Of a DNA stretch of 64,000 nt, positions 56,337 to 64,000 are shown in pieces. A model generated the notes under the pieces. It did not search any database and was not told the DNA's origin. It was given only the letters and a program-made list of their open reading frames with translations. Origin of the DNA: an uncultured bacterium (lineage in GTDB: Bacteria > Hydrogenedentota > Hydrogenedentia > Hydrogenedentales > JAEUWI01); assembly GCA_963977445.1 (NCBI GenBank), contig CAXBPH010000003.1, positions 6,529 to 70,528 on the forward strand, given 5' to 3'. Each line of letters opens with the position of its first letter. Position 1 is the stretch's first letter. A program made the position numbers and the translations under genes.

Positions 56337-57941
56337 ATGCACAAGTCTACGCGTTTCGCCTTGCTACTCTGCACCCTGCTGTCCTTCGCGGCAGTCGGGA
56401 GCCCTACCTTCACGATGGTGCCCATGGACGACGGCACCAAACTCGCAACCGATGTCCATCTGCCCGGTGGTGAAGCACCCTGGCCCGCCATTGTCCTCCG
56501 CAGTACCTACGGGCGCATGGGTTCCGTGGCCCGCGAGTGGCTCGAACTGAATTATGCCGTCGTCATTCAGGATGTCCGCGGCATGGGCGACAGCGAAGGT
56601 GAAGCCCATGTCTTCTATGCCGATGGATGGCGCGAGGACCAGCACGATGGGGCCGACACGGTCGCGTGGGTCAAGGCCCAGCCCTGGTGTGACGGCAAGA
56701 TCGGCACCTGGGGCGGCTCCGCACTGGCCATCACCGAAATGCTCATGGCACCCACCACGCCGGATATAGCCGTGCAGCACATGGTCGCCACGCCCGCTAA
56801 CCTCTATTTCGACACGGCCTACCATGGCGGCGTGTTGCGCAAAATGCTTATCGAAGGCTGGCTGACTTCGATTAGACAACCCCATATGATCGACGTCTAC
56901 AAAAGTCACCCCCGTTACGACGACTATTGGGCCCACTTTGACACCGTGGCAAAGGCGGCTGACATCAACGCACCGGCCCTCTTTGAAAACGGGTGGTATG
57001 ACATCTTTCAGCAGGGCACCATCGACGGATTTCTCGCCCGGGAAGGACAGGGCGCAGCCCCGGCAAAAGGCAACAACTTTCTCATCATGAAATGGTCGAG
57101 TCATGGCCCCGACGTGGAAGACGATTACAAACTCAACGAAAACCGTTTCGACCTCAAAATCAGCAAACTACGCGACCAGATATTTCGACACTACCTCCGG
57201 GGCAACGACGACATCAGCGAGATCCCCAAGGTCCATTATTACGTCATGGGGGCGGACACCCCCAACGCGCCCGGCAACGAATGGCGCACAGCCAATCAGT
57301 GGCCGCCCTACGAAACAACGGCGACGACCTACTACTTACATCAGGACAGCACGCTCAGCACGAACACACCGAATGCAGATGGCGTGCGCAGCTATGTCTT
57401 CGATCCCGCCAATCCCGTCCCCACCCATGGCGGCAACAACCTCCTCATGCCGTCCGGCGCCTTCAACCAGAAAAAGCACACCGAAGGCCGGGCGGATATC
57501 CTCCATTTCATGACCGAGCCGCTGGACGCACCAATTGAGATTACCGGCCGTGTCACCGTGCGACTGAACATCAGTACCGATGCCCCCGACACCGATTTCA
57601 CGGCCATGCTCCTCGACATCTATCCCGATGGAGACGGCCGGGAGCTGAACATCCTGGACAACATTCGCCGCGTGAAGACGCGCAATGGCTTTGCCGAAGC
57701 CGCCCCGCTGTTGACGGGCACCGAGGAAATTGTCACCTTGGAAATTGACCTCTGGAGCACGGCATGGGTCTTCGACACGGGCCACCGCATCGGCCTGAAC
57801 ATCTCCAGCAGTAACCACCCCCGCTTTGAAGTGAACCCCAACACCGGCGAAGACTTCCCCGGCGAGGAACTGCGCAAAGCGACGAACATCATACACCTGA
57901 GCGCCGAACACCCGAGTGCATTGATACTGCCCCTGCGGTAG
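56337..57941 (+). CDS. CocE/NonD-family hydrolase (S15 X-Pro dipeptidyl-peptidase-like), secreted
   Basis: Signal peptide MHKSTRFALLLCTLLSFAAVG. DVRGMGDSEGE and GTWGGSALA (nucleophile elbow) are typical of the CocE/NonD family. Confidence 0.75.
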   Translation: MHKSTRFALLLCTLLSFAAVGSPTFTMVPMDDGTKLATDVHLPGGEAPWPAIVLRSTYGRMGSVAREWLELNYAVVIQDVRGMGDSEGEAHVFYADGWREDQHDGADTVAWVKAQPWCDGKIGTWGGSALAITEMLMAPTTPDIAVQHMVATPANLYFDTAYHGGVLRKMLIEGWLTSIRQPHMIDVYKSHPRYDDYWAHFDTVAKAADINAPALFENGWYDIFQQGTIDGFLAREGQGAAPAKGNNFLIMKWSSHGPDVEDDYKLNENRFDLKISKLRDQIFRHYLRGNDDISEIPKVHYYVMGADTPNAPGNEWRTANQWPPYETTATTYYLHQDSTLSTNTPNADGVRSYVFDPANPVPTHGGNNLLMPSGAFNQKKHTEGRADILHFMTEPLDAPIEITGRVTVRLNISTDAPDTDFTAMLLDIYPDGDGRELNILDNIRRVKTRNGFAEAAPLLTGTEEIVTLEIDLWSTAWVFDTGHRIGLNISSSNHPRFEVNPNTGEDFPGEELRKATNIIHLSAEHPSALILPLR

Positions 57942-58056
57942 CCGATTCTTCTGCGGGCGGAGCCATCCGACACACACCGTGCAACCCTCGGACGCTCCAC
58001 ATTGCTTCGCCGTCTTTGCCCGGTTATATTGAATGCCAACGCGAAAGGGCACGACC

Positions 58057-59310
58057 ATGAGTACCAATTACGGCGACTACCAATTGGGCGTCTATTTCCA
58101 GGGCATGATGGGCCACCTACCCGACTTTCCGTTTGACATCGACGAAGTGGAAGAACAGGCAAAGGCCTGCCTCGACCCCAGGGCCTATTGGTATGTGGCT
58201 GGCGGGGCCGGGGCCAGCGAAACGGTACGCCGCAACCGCGTCGCCTTTTCAGGCTGGCAAATCATCCCCCGTATGCTGGCCGACGTGTCGCAACGCGACC
58301 ACCGCATCGAACTCTTCGGCCAGACCTACAACGCGCCCCTTTTCCTGGGACCAGTGGGTGTCCAGGAGATCATCCACCCCGAAGGGGAACTGGCCGTGGC
58401 CCGGGCCGCCAAGTCTCTGGCCATCCCCATGGTCTTGTCCACCCTGTCATCCCACCCGCTGGAAGACGTGGCGGAGACCTTGGGCGATTCGCCGAAGTGG
58501 TTTCAGCTCTATTGGCCCGGTGACCCCGAATTGGCCACAAGCCTCATCGAGCGGGCCGAAGCAGCAGGCTACACGGCCATTGTCGTGACCCTGGACACCA
58601 AACTCATGGGCTGGCGTGAAAAGGACCTGCAGACGGCCTACCTTCCCTTTCTGGAAGGCAAGGGCATCGCCAACTACGTCACCGACCCGGTCTTTTGCGA
58701 CGCCCTCGAAAAGCCCCCCATGGATGATATGCAGGCCGCCATCGGACACTGGACCCAGGTTTACGCCGACGCCAGCCAGACGTGGAAAAATATTGCCGAC
58801 CTGCGTAAGGTCACTACGCTACCCATCATCTTGAAGGGCATCCTCCATCCCGACGATGCACGCCTGGCCTTCGACCACGGTGTCGATGGCATCATCGTCT
58901 CCAACCATGGCGGACGTCAGGTAGATGGGGCCATCGCCGCACTCGATGCCTTGCCTGCCATCGTGGACCGGGTACCGGAATTGCCTGTCTTATTCGACAG
59001 CGGCATCCGCCATGGGGCCGACATGGTCAAGGCCCTGGCCCTCGGTGCGAAGGCCGTCTTACTCGGTCGGCCCTATGTCTACGGCCTGGCGGTGGATGGC
59101 GAAAATGGCGTGAAGAATGTGGTGCAGCGCCTCCTCGCAGAATTTGACGTGACCATGGCCCTCGCCGGTGTCGCGAAGGCGAGTACCTTGACGCGGGAAC
59201 ACATCGTGCGGGGCGAAATCTTGCACCCCACCGTCGTCGAGAGCCCTGCCCAGCCGCCGCCCACCGATACGAGGTACGCCTACATTCCCGCCATGCCAAC
59301 CGGCGAATAA
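58057..59310 (+). CDS. FMN-dependent alpha-hydroxy-acid dehydrogenase/oxidase (LldD / lactate monooxygenase family)
   Basis: SNHGGRQVDGAIAALDALP and GADMVKALALGAKAVLLGRPYVYGLA are the family signatures. Confidence 0.8.
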   Translation: MSTNYGDYQLGVYFQGMMGHLPDFPFDIDEVEEQAKACLDPRAYWYVAGGAGASETVRRNRVAFSGWQIIPRMLADVSQRDHRIELFGQTYNAPLFLGPVGVQEIIHPEGELAVARAAKSLAIPMVLSTLSSHPLEDVAETLGDSPKWFQLYWPGDPELATSLIERAEAAGYTAIVVTLDTKLMGWREKDLQTAYLPFLEGKGIANYVTDPVFCDALEKPPMDDMQAAIGHWTQVYADASQTWKNIADLRKVTTLPIILKGILHPDDARLAFDHGVDGIIVSNHGGRQVDGAIAALDALPAIVDRVPELPVLFDSGIRHGADMVKALALGAKAVLLGRPYVYGLAVDGENGVKNVVQRLLAEFDVTMALAGVAKASTLTREHIVRGEILHPTVVESPAQPPPTDTRYAYIPAMPTGE

Positions 59311-59521
59311 GCCCGCGAGATGCGCCGTGTTACGTACTGGTTCCATGGCGTAAATTCGTATCCGGCGATTGGCGTTGACGTTGTCTCAGGCAGGAATGCC
59401 CAAGCCCCGTTTGGCGAATCGTCTTTAAGGGGCTTAGGCATTCCTGCCTGAGACAAAGCACATCAAGGGACATGCATGGGCCATCAACGTCATGAAATAG
59501 CGAAGGGGAACCTACCCCCCT

Positions 59522-60601
59522 TTACTTCGTCACCAACCGCCCCACGGGATAGCCCGCCGAATAGTCAAATGCCCAACACCCATTGGGCGTGGTGTAGCAA
59601 ATCGTTTCCTTGCGCTCAAAATCGGTCTTGCCCTGCCGCACCGCCGCATCAGGGCTGTCTGGCAACAACTGGGGATCGGCCACGACTTCCAGCATTTTGG
59701 TCGGGTCACCCATCCCATGTCCAGTGCCCGTGAAAATGACGCCATCCAAATCTTTTTCTTCCGGATACCGTGCCACCACGGGCAGTCCCGCCGCCTTCAT
59801 ATTGGCAACCACCACCCGCTTGTCCTCGACCGGACAGACCTCGTCCGTCGCGCCGTGGACCACAAAAATCTGCGTTTCCTGCCCATAGTCTTTCATTTGC
59901 TTGAGGTGGGTGGTCTCCCCGAGATCCCGAAGGACCTGGGCATCGGCCGTAAGATAGGCGGGACTCTCGGGGTCCTGCGAATACCCCGCGTTCAGGGGCG
60001 AACCCCCTTCGAGATTAAAGGCGATGTCATCGCTCAACACGGCCATCCCACAGAAATCGATAATGGCGGCAAAGGTGCGTGGGGCCAGTTTGTTCGCCAT
60101 CTGGGTCACATTGCCTCCGCCCGAATACCCGGTGCAGTAAATTCGACCGGTATGAAAAGCGATGCGCTCCCGTTCCAGCCCGCTATACATCCAATGAAGA
60201 GAACGCAGGGCATCTAAGGCCTGGAGGTAGCCATAGTCATAGGGCGGCATGGTCGTGCCATCATAGGGACCGCTCTGAAGATAGTCCACGCAAATAGCCA
60301 CCACATTATAGCGGTCCGCCAGGGTCTGGGGATCGGGCACGCCGTCCGCATGGGTACCGGTCCAATAATGGAGGGTCAGAAAGAGGCCCGTCTTTTCATT
60401 AATATTCGCCTGCTTCATTCCCGGGTAATACACATAAGCCCGAATCGTCCGGGGACCTTCCTGAAACGCCCATTCCTGTGCCGGGAGCTCCGCCGTGCCA
60501 TTTTCGGCAGGCAAGGGCGGCCAGGGGCGATCGTCGGCGAAGGCACCACAGGCCAGACTCAACACAACAAGGACGATAGGGAATAATGACTTCATGGACA
60601 A
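59522..60601 (-). CDS. Secreted alpha/beta-hydrolase (esterase/lipase-like), paralog 1
   Basis: Signal peptide and the GYSGGGN nucleophile elbow. ~70% identical to the gene at 61944..63017. Confidence 0.7.
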   Translation of the reverse strand: MSMKSLFPIVLVVLSLACGAFADDRPWPPLPAENGTAELPAQEWAFQEGPRTIRAYVYYPGMKQANINEKTGLFLTLHYWTGTHADGVPDPQTLADRYNVVAICVDYLQSGPYDGTTMPPYDYGYLQALDALRSLHWMYSGLERERIAFHTGRIYCTGYSGGGNVTQMANKLAPRTFAAIIDFCGMAVLSDDIAFNLEGGSPLNAGYSQDPESPAYLTADAQVLRDLGETTHLKQMKDYGQETQIFVVHGATDEVCPVEDKRVVVANMKAAGLPVVARYPEEKDLDGVIFTGTGHGMGDPTKMLEVVADPQLLPDSPDAAVRQGKTDFERKETICYTTPNGCWAFDYSAGYPVGRLVTK

Positions 60602-60706
60602 ACTCCAAATTGTTTCGACTTAAGACTTCCCGCCTCAGGAGCTTAAGAAACTGGCCCCTGACGCAGCAAGATCACCGTGACTTATTCTTGTCGGTTTTCT
60701 AAATTG

Positions 60707-61897
60707 CTACCGAAGGCGAAACTCACCAATCAATCCAGGCCGTCGCGCAAGCAAACTCTCTAAGTGACTATCTGCCCACATTTCGATGCGAAGTGCCGAA
60801 TCTGATTGGTTGTGGTTCTCGATTATTTGAATAGCATCTGTGCTGAATCTGCCGGACGTCGCAATAATGTGAACATCAACTCGCGGCGGCTCCCAGAGTT
60901 TCATTTGCTCTCTCAAAGTCGCAATTTCCTTAGCACCGACGCTTTTCGACAGCCAATGCTTGCATTGAATAATCACTCGCAGGCGAAACGTTCCGCCTAG
61001 TTTGTCGAGAAACACTCTTTGGCACGAAAGATCCCGTCCTCTGTCTGACGCGTTCGTCTTAGTAAGCCACTCCGCATTTTCGTAACCTTCGGTTTGCGAT
61101 ATCAGATTGAAAACCAATCTCTCGAAATCATCCTCATCGATGGCTTCCCAGTTTAGCTTGGTTGCGATTTCTCCGACGGGCCTAGCCTTAACTAACTCAC
61201 CCAAATCGTCGACGGCCACCGGTAATGGGTCGGAACTACCGTATAAAATCTCCGTCATCCCCGCGTCGACAGCTGGCCAATCGTGCTTTATTATGTCTCG
61301 AAGATCGCCAATCATACCGTAATGAAGGTGCCTTTTCAGATCACCCCATCTCGGAGGACGCTTGGCACTACTTCCCAAGATAGTATCGATTCTGGAAACA
61401 CTGGAGACCAATACTTCCCAGTCGTCACCGTCGACAGAACCGTTAGCCTCGAGTTTGCTCGGATAGTCTGTGCGAAGACGCGCCAGCGCTAAATTGGCGA
61501 TACGTATCTCTTCAAGTAATGCGTGACGAAATACCGTTCTCCGTGACCTATTCAACCGATAACGGTACTCTTTGAGGTCTTTCTCTGGCGAGAATATGTG
61601 CTCATCTATTATTACGGCACTCTCAAAGTCGCCAATCTCCATGGCGTCAAATCTGAATTGTCCGATTTCATTTAGCTCTAAGAGTGAATCTGGCATTGTC
61701 CATCCATCAATCTTAGGAAGAGCTTCACGTACTTGACGATAATCTCGGCAGCAATCATCGTACACTCCGTCGGTCATGTCCCCGAACGAAACACTTTCAG
61801 GAATCATCGATTTGATCTTTTCCCACAAAGCTTCTAACTTCACAAGATTGGCTTCGGTTGCTTCAAATTGCTTCAATGCATCGTTCAATGAGCTCAT
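60707..61897 (-). CDS. Restriction-endonuclease-like (Mrr-cat type PD-(D/E)xK) domain protein with an uncharacterised N-terminal domain; low GC (~48%)
   Basis: The C-terminal region RGRDLSCQRVFLDKLGGTFRLRVIIQCKHW fits the D-x-G-x-D...Q-x-K pattern of the Mrr catalytic domain. Base composition is far below that of its neighbours. Confidence 0.55.
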   Translation of the reverse strand: MSSLNDALKQFEATEANLVKLEALWEKIKSMIPESVSFGDMTDGVYDDCCRDYRQVREALPKIDGWTMPDSLLELNEIGQFRFDAMEIGDFESAVIIDEHIFSPEKDLKEYRYRLNRSRRTVFRHALLEEIRIANLALARLRTDYPSKLEANGSVDGDDWEVLVSSVSRIDTILGSSAKRPPRWGDLKRHLHYGMIGDLRDIIKHDWPAVDAGMTEILYGSSDPLPVAVDDLGELVKARPVGEIATKLNWEAIDEDDFERLVFNLISQTEGYENAEWLTKTNASDRGRDLSCQRVFLDKLGGTFRLRVIIQCKHWLSKSVGAKEIATLREQMKLWEPPRVDVHIIATSGRFSTDAIQIIENHNQSDSALRIEMWADSHLESLLARRPGLIGEFRLR

Positions 61898-61943
61898 CTA
61901 GATTTGCTCCACCCTACAGCTGGCCGCGGTCACCCAACCCACC

Positions 61944-63017
61944 TTATTTCGTCACCATCCGCCCCACGGGATAGCCCGCCGAATAGTCGATTTCCCAACA
62001 CCCATTGGGCGTGGTGTAGCAAATCGTTTCCTTGCGCTCAAAGTCGGCCGTACCCTGCCGCACCGCCGCATCGGGGCTGTCCGCAAGCAACTGGGGGTCG
62101 GCCATATGCTGCACAATCTTCGTGCGGTCACCGAGACTGTGACCCGTACCCTTGAACACCACGTCGTCCAAGTGCGCATCGGTCAGGAACAACGCCGTCA
62201 CCGGCATACCCGCCGCCACCATGTTCCGCACCACCTCTTCCTTGTCCGCCACGGGACAAACGTCGTCGGTTGTTCCATGGACCACAAAAATCTTCGTTTC
62301 CTGCCCGTAGTCCACCATCTGCTTCAGGTGGGTGGGATTGCTGAGATCACGCAGGGCCTGGGCGTCGGGGGAGAGGTATTCGGGAGTTGCCGGGTCCTTA
62401 CTGTAGCCCGCGTTAAGCCGTGAGCCCCCTTCGATACCAAAGGCGATATCGTCGCTCAGTTTGGCCATGCCGCACATATCGACAATCGCGGCGAAGGTCC
62501 GGGGCGCAAGCTTATTGACCATCTGGGTCACGTTACCGCCGCCCGAGCCGCCGGTAGAGTAGATACGCCCCGCGTTAAAGGCCGTACCCCCTTCCTGGAG
62601 TCCATTGTAGACCCAATACAGGGCACGAAGCGCATCAAGCCCTTGCAGATAGCCATAGTCATAGGGCGGCATGTCGTCTTCGTATTTGCCGCTCTGAAGA
62701 TAGTCCAGGCAGATGGCAACCGTGTTGTAGCGGTCCGCCAATAGCTGGGGGTCGGCCGTGCCTGACGCATTGGTGCCACCCCAATTGTGGAGGCTGAGGA
62801 AAAGACCCGTGTGTTCGTTCACATTGGCGAGGGCCTTGCCGGGGTAATACACATAGGCCACAAACGTCCGTGGACCGTCCTGAAAGGCCCATTCCTGCGC
62901 GGGGAGTTCCGCCGATGCGTTTTCAGCGGGCAACGCGGGCCAGGGCCGCTCATCGGCGGCATAGGCTGAAATAGAAGCAAGACAGGCCAACAAGGCAAGG
63001 GCGATTCGAAAACGCAT
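61944..63017 (-). CDS. Secreted alpha/beta-hydrolase (esterase/lipase-like), paralog 2
   Basis: Signal peptide MRFRIALALLACLASISAYA and GGSGGGN. The 3-prime ~150 bp is ~90% identical at DNA level to the paralog 1 gene. Confidence 0.7.
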   Translation of the reverse strand: MRFRIALALLACLASISAYAADERPWPALPAENASAELPAQEWAFQDGPRTFVAYVYYPGKALANVNEHTGLFLSLHNWGGTNASGTADPQLLADRYNTVAICLDYLQSGKYEDDMPPYDYGYLQGLDALRALYWVYNGLQEGGTAFNAGRIYSTGGSGGGNVTQMVNKLAPRTFAAIVDMCGMAKLSDDIAFGIEGGSRLNAGYSKDPATPEYLSPDAQALRDLSNPTHLKQMVDYGQETKIFVVHGTTDDVCPVADKEEVVRNMVAAGMPVTALFLTDAHLDDVVFKGTGHSLGDRTKIVQHMADPQLLADSPDAAVRQGTADFERKETICYTTPNGCWEIDYSAGYPVGRMVTK

Positions 63018-63156
63018 TAAATTCTCCTGGTAGAACGACTCCGTGGCGAGTCATTTTTACAGTTCTGGAAATATGGGAATGGGCCAGCGTAATCAGCGGA
63101 CAGCAGGGGGCACCCAGGCCCGGTGGTCCTGGGAACGTTATCCGTTGGACACCCAA

Positions 63157-63606
63157 TTAGGCGGTTTTCTTGCTCCCACAGCCGCCCGAGCCACAGCCGC
63201 CGCTTCCGCAACCACCGCCGCCGCCACCACTGGCCGCTGCCGCAACGAGTTGTTCTTCGGTGGGCCGTGCGTTGCGATACCAGACGACTACAAGGCAGGC
63301 CATCCAGAGTGCCGCAATGAGTACCCCGCCGCCTTCGCGGGTCAATTCGCTCTTGAGATAGGGCGCTTCAAAGCTGGGGATGAGATAGGCAAAGCCACCG
63401 AGATAGCCCAGCACCCCGGGGATGGCCCAGGGGGAATAGAGTCCAAAGATGGCCGGAACGGTCATGAGGATGCTGTAGCCATAGATAAACATCCAGACCA
63501 CACCGTCGGGGTCGTTGTATTGGACCGCCACCGACGCACCGAGGGGCAGGAGCATGAACACGCAGACCGCGCGAAACAGGGGAAAGGTACTTTTTTTCGT
63601 AGCCAT
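63157..63606 (-). CDS. Four-TM membrane protein with a C-terminal (GGCGS)x3 Cys/Gly repeat tail
   Basis: Hydrophobic helices, then ...AAAASGGGGGGCGSGGCGSGGCGSKKTA at the C-terminus. Confidence 0.5.
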   Translation of the reverse strand: MATKKSTFPLFRAVCVFMLLPLGASVAVQYNDPDGVVWMFIYGYSILMTVPAIFGLYSPWAIPGVLGYLGGFAYLIPSFEAPYLKSELTREGGGVLIAALWMACLVVVWYRNARPTEEQLVAAAASGGGGGGCGSGGCGSGGCGSKKTA

Positions 63607-63696
63607 GGGAGATACCTCGTTGGGTTGTATACCCTGAGTTTACCGCGCATGACCGGCGAATCCAAAATATGCCATCGACCGGGATCGGGCGAATAA

Positions 63697-64000
63697 CTAC
63701 TCCACGTCGGTCAGCGGTAATTCTGTGGGCAGGGTTATCTCAAAGAGCCCCATAAACTGGGTCAAAATGCGATAGGTCAGGCCCCAAATCGTGTAGGGGC
63801 CGTGGTTAAAGCAGGAAAAGGCACGCTGTTCCGGGTCCGGCGGGTAATAATACGCCTCGATGTTGTTCACATCGCCCAGATAGCGGAGCGGCACCCACAC
63901 GGTGGCCGCCACTTCGTAGTTGTGGGTCAAGGGACCCGGCGCGGGACAATAATAGACTATCGGACACACGGCCAACTCAAAGGTGCGCAACCGACCACCG
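63697..64000 (-). CDS. NUDIX hydrolase (CoA pyrophosphatase-like), C-terminal portion; 5-prime end beyond the window
   Basis: YTIWGLTYRIL resembles the conserved C-terminal motif of NudL-type CoA pyrophosphatases. The reading frame is open to the window edge. Confidence 0.45.
   Translation of the reverse strand, partial: GGRLRTFELAVCPIVYYCPAPGPLTHNYEVAATVWVPLRYLGDVNNIEAYYYPPDPEQRAFSCFNHGPYTIWGLTYRILTQFMGLFEITLPTELPLTDVE

Overview
This is a ~60% GC chromosomal window with strong Planctomycetota hallmarks: PSCyt/DUF1549/DUF1553 + DUF1501 pairs, a DUF1800 + DUF1501 pair, a DUF1559 pseudopilin-like protein with N-methylation motif, multiple TAT-signal proteins and a cluster of three sulfatases. 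Most of the window is core or metabolic. It holds a LacI-regulated sugar-isomerase operon, a complete assimilatory nitrate/nitrite locus (fused nirBD, narK, a nasA reductase fusion, and a NiR-like/rubredoxin gene), a sulfatase/DUF1080/BNR glycan-degradation locus, trmO, a peptidoglycan-recycling operon (GH1, kinase-MurQ fusion, SpoIID/LytB), fdxA, the CIRCE-controlled hrcA-grpE-dnaK-dnaJ operon, cfa, a GT4 glycosyltransferase, rarA, a CocE/NonD hydrolase and an FMN alpha-hydroxy-acid dehydrogenase. Three things stand out as accessory or unusual. (1) A low-GC ~6.5 kb island at ~47.5-54.0 kb forms a nine-gene minus-strand operon: ACP-like carrier protein, XRE HTH, ImmA/IrrE Zn-peptidase, papain-like C1 peptidase, thymidylate-synthase-fold enzyme, a 627-aa MazG-like multidomain protein, a second low-GC acpS, a GNAT-like protein and a small ORF. 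It abuts a truncated ABC ATPase pseudogene and has a perfect palindromic operator upstream. I propose it as an undescribed nucleotide/DNA-base-modifying or defence module under a CapH/CapP-like regulator pair. (2) A membrane-anchored protein built from ~10 near-identical 45-bp tandem repeats encoding a Cys/Lys/Ala-rich 15-aa unit. (3) A 48% GC Mrr-type PD-(D/E)xK nuclease gene sits between two paralogous esterase genes whose 3-prime ~150 bp are ~90% identical. No rRNA, tRNA or CRISPR array was found by eye.
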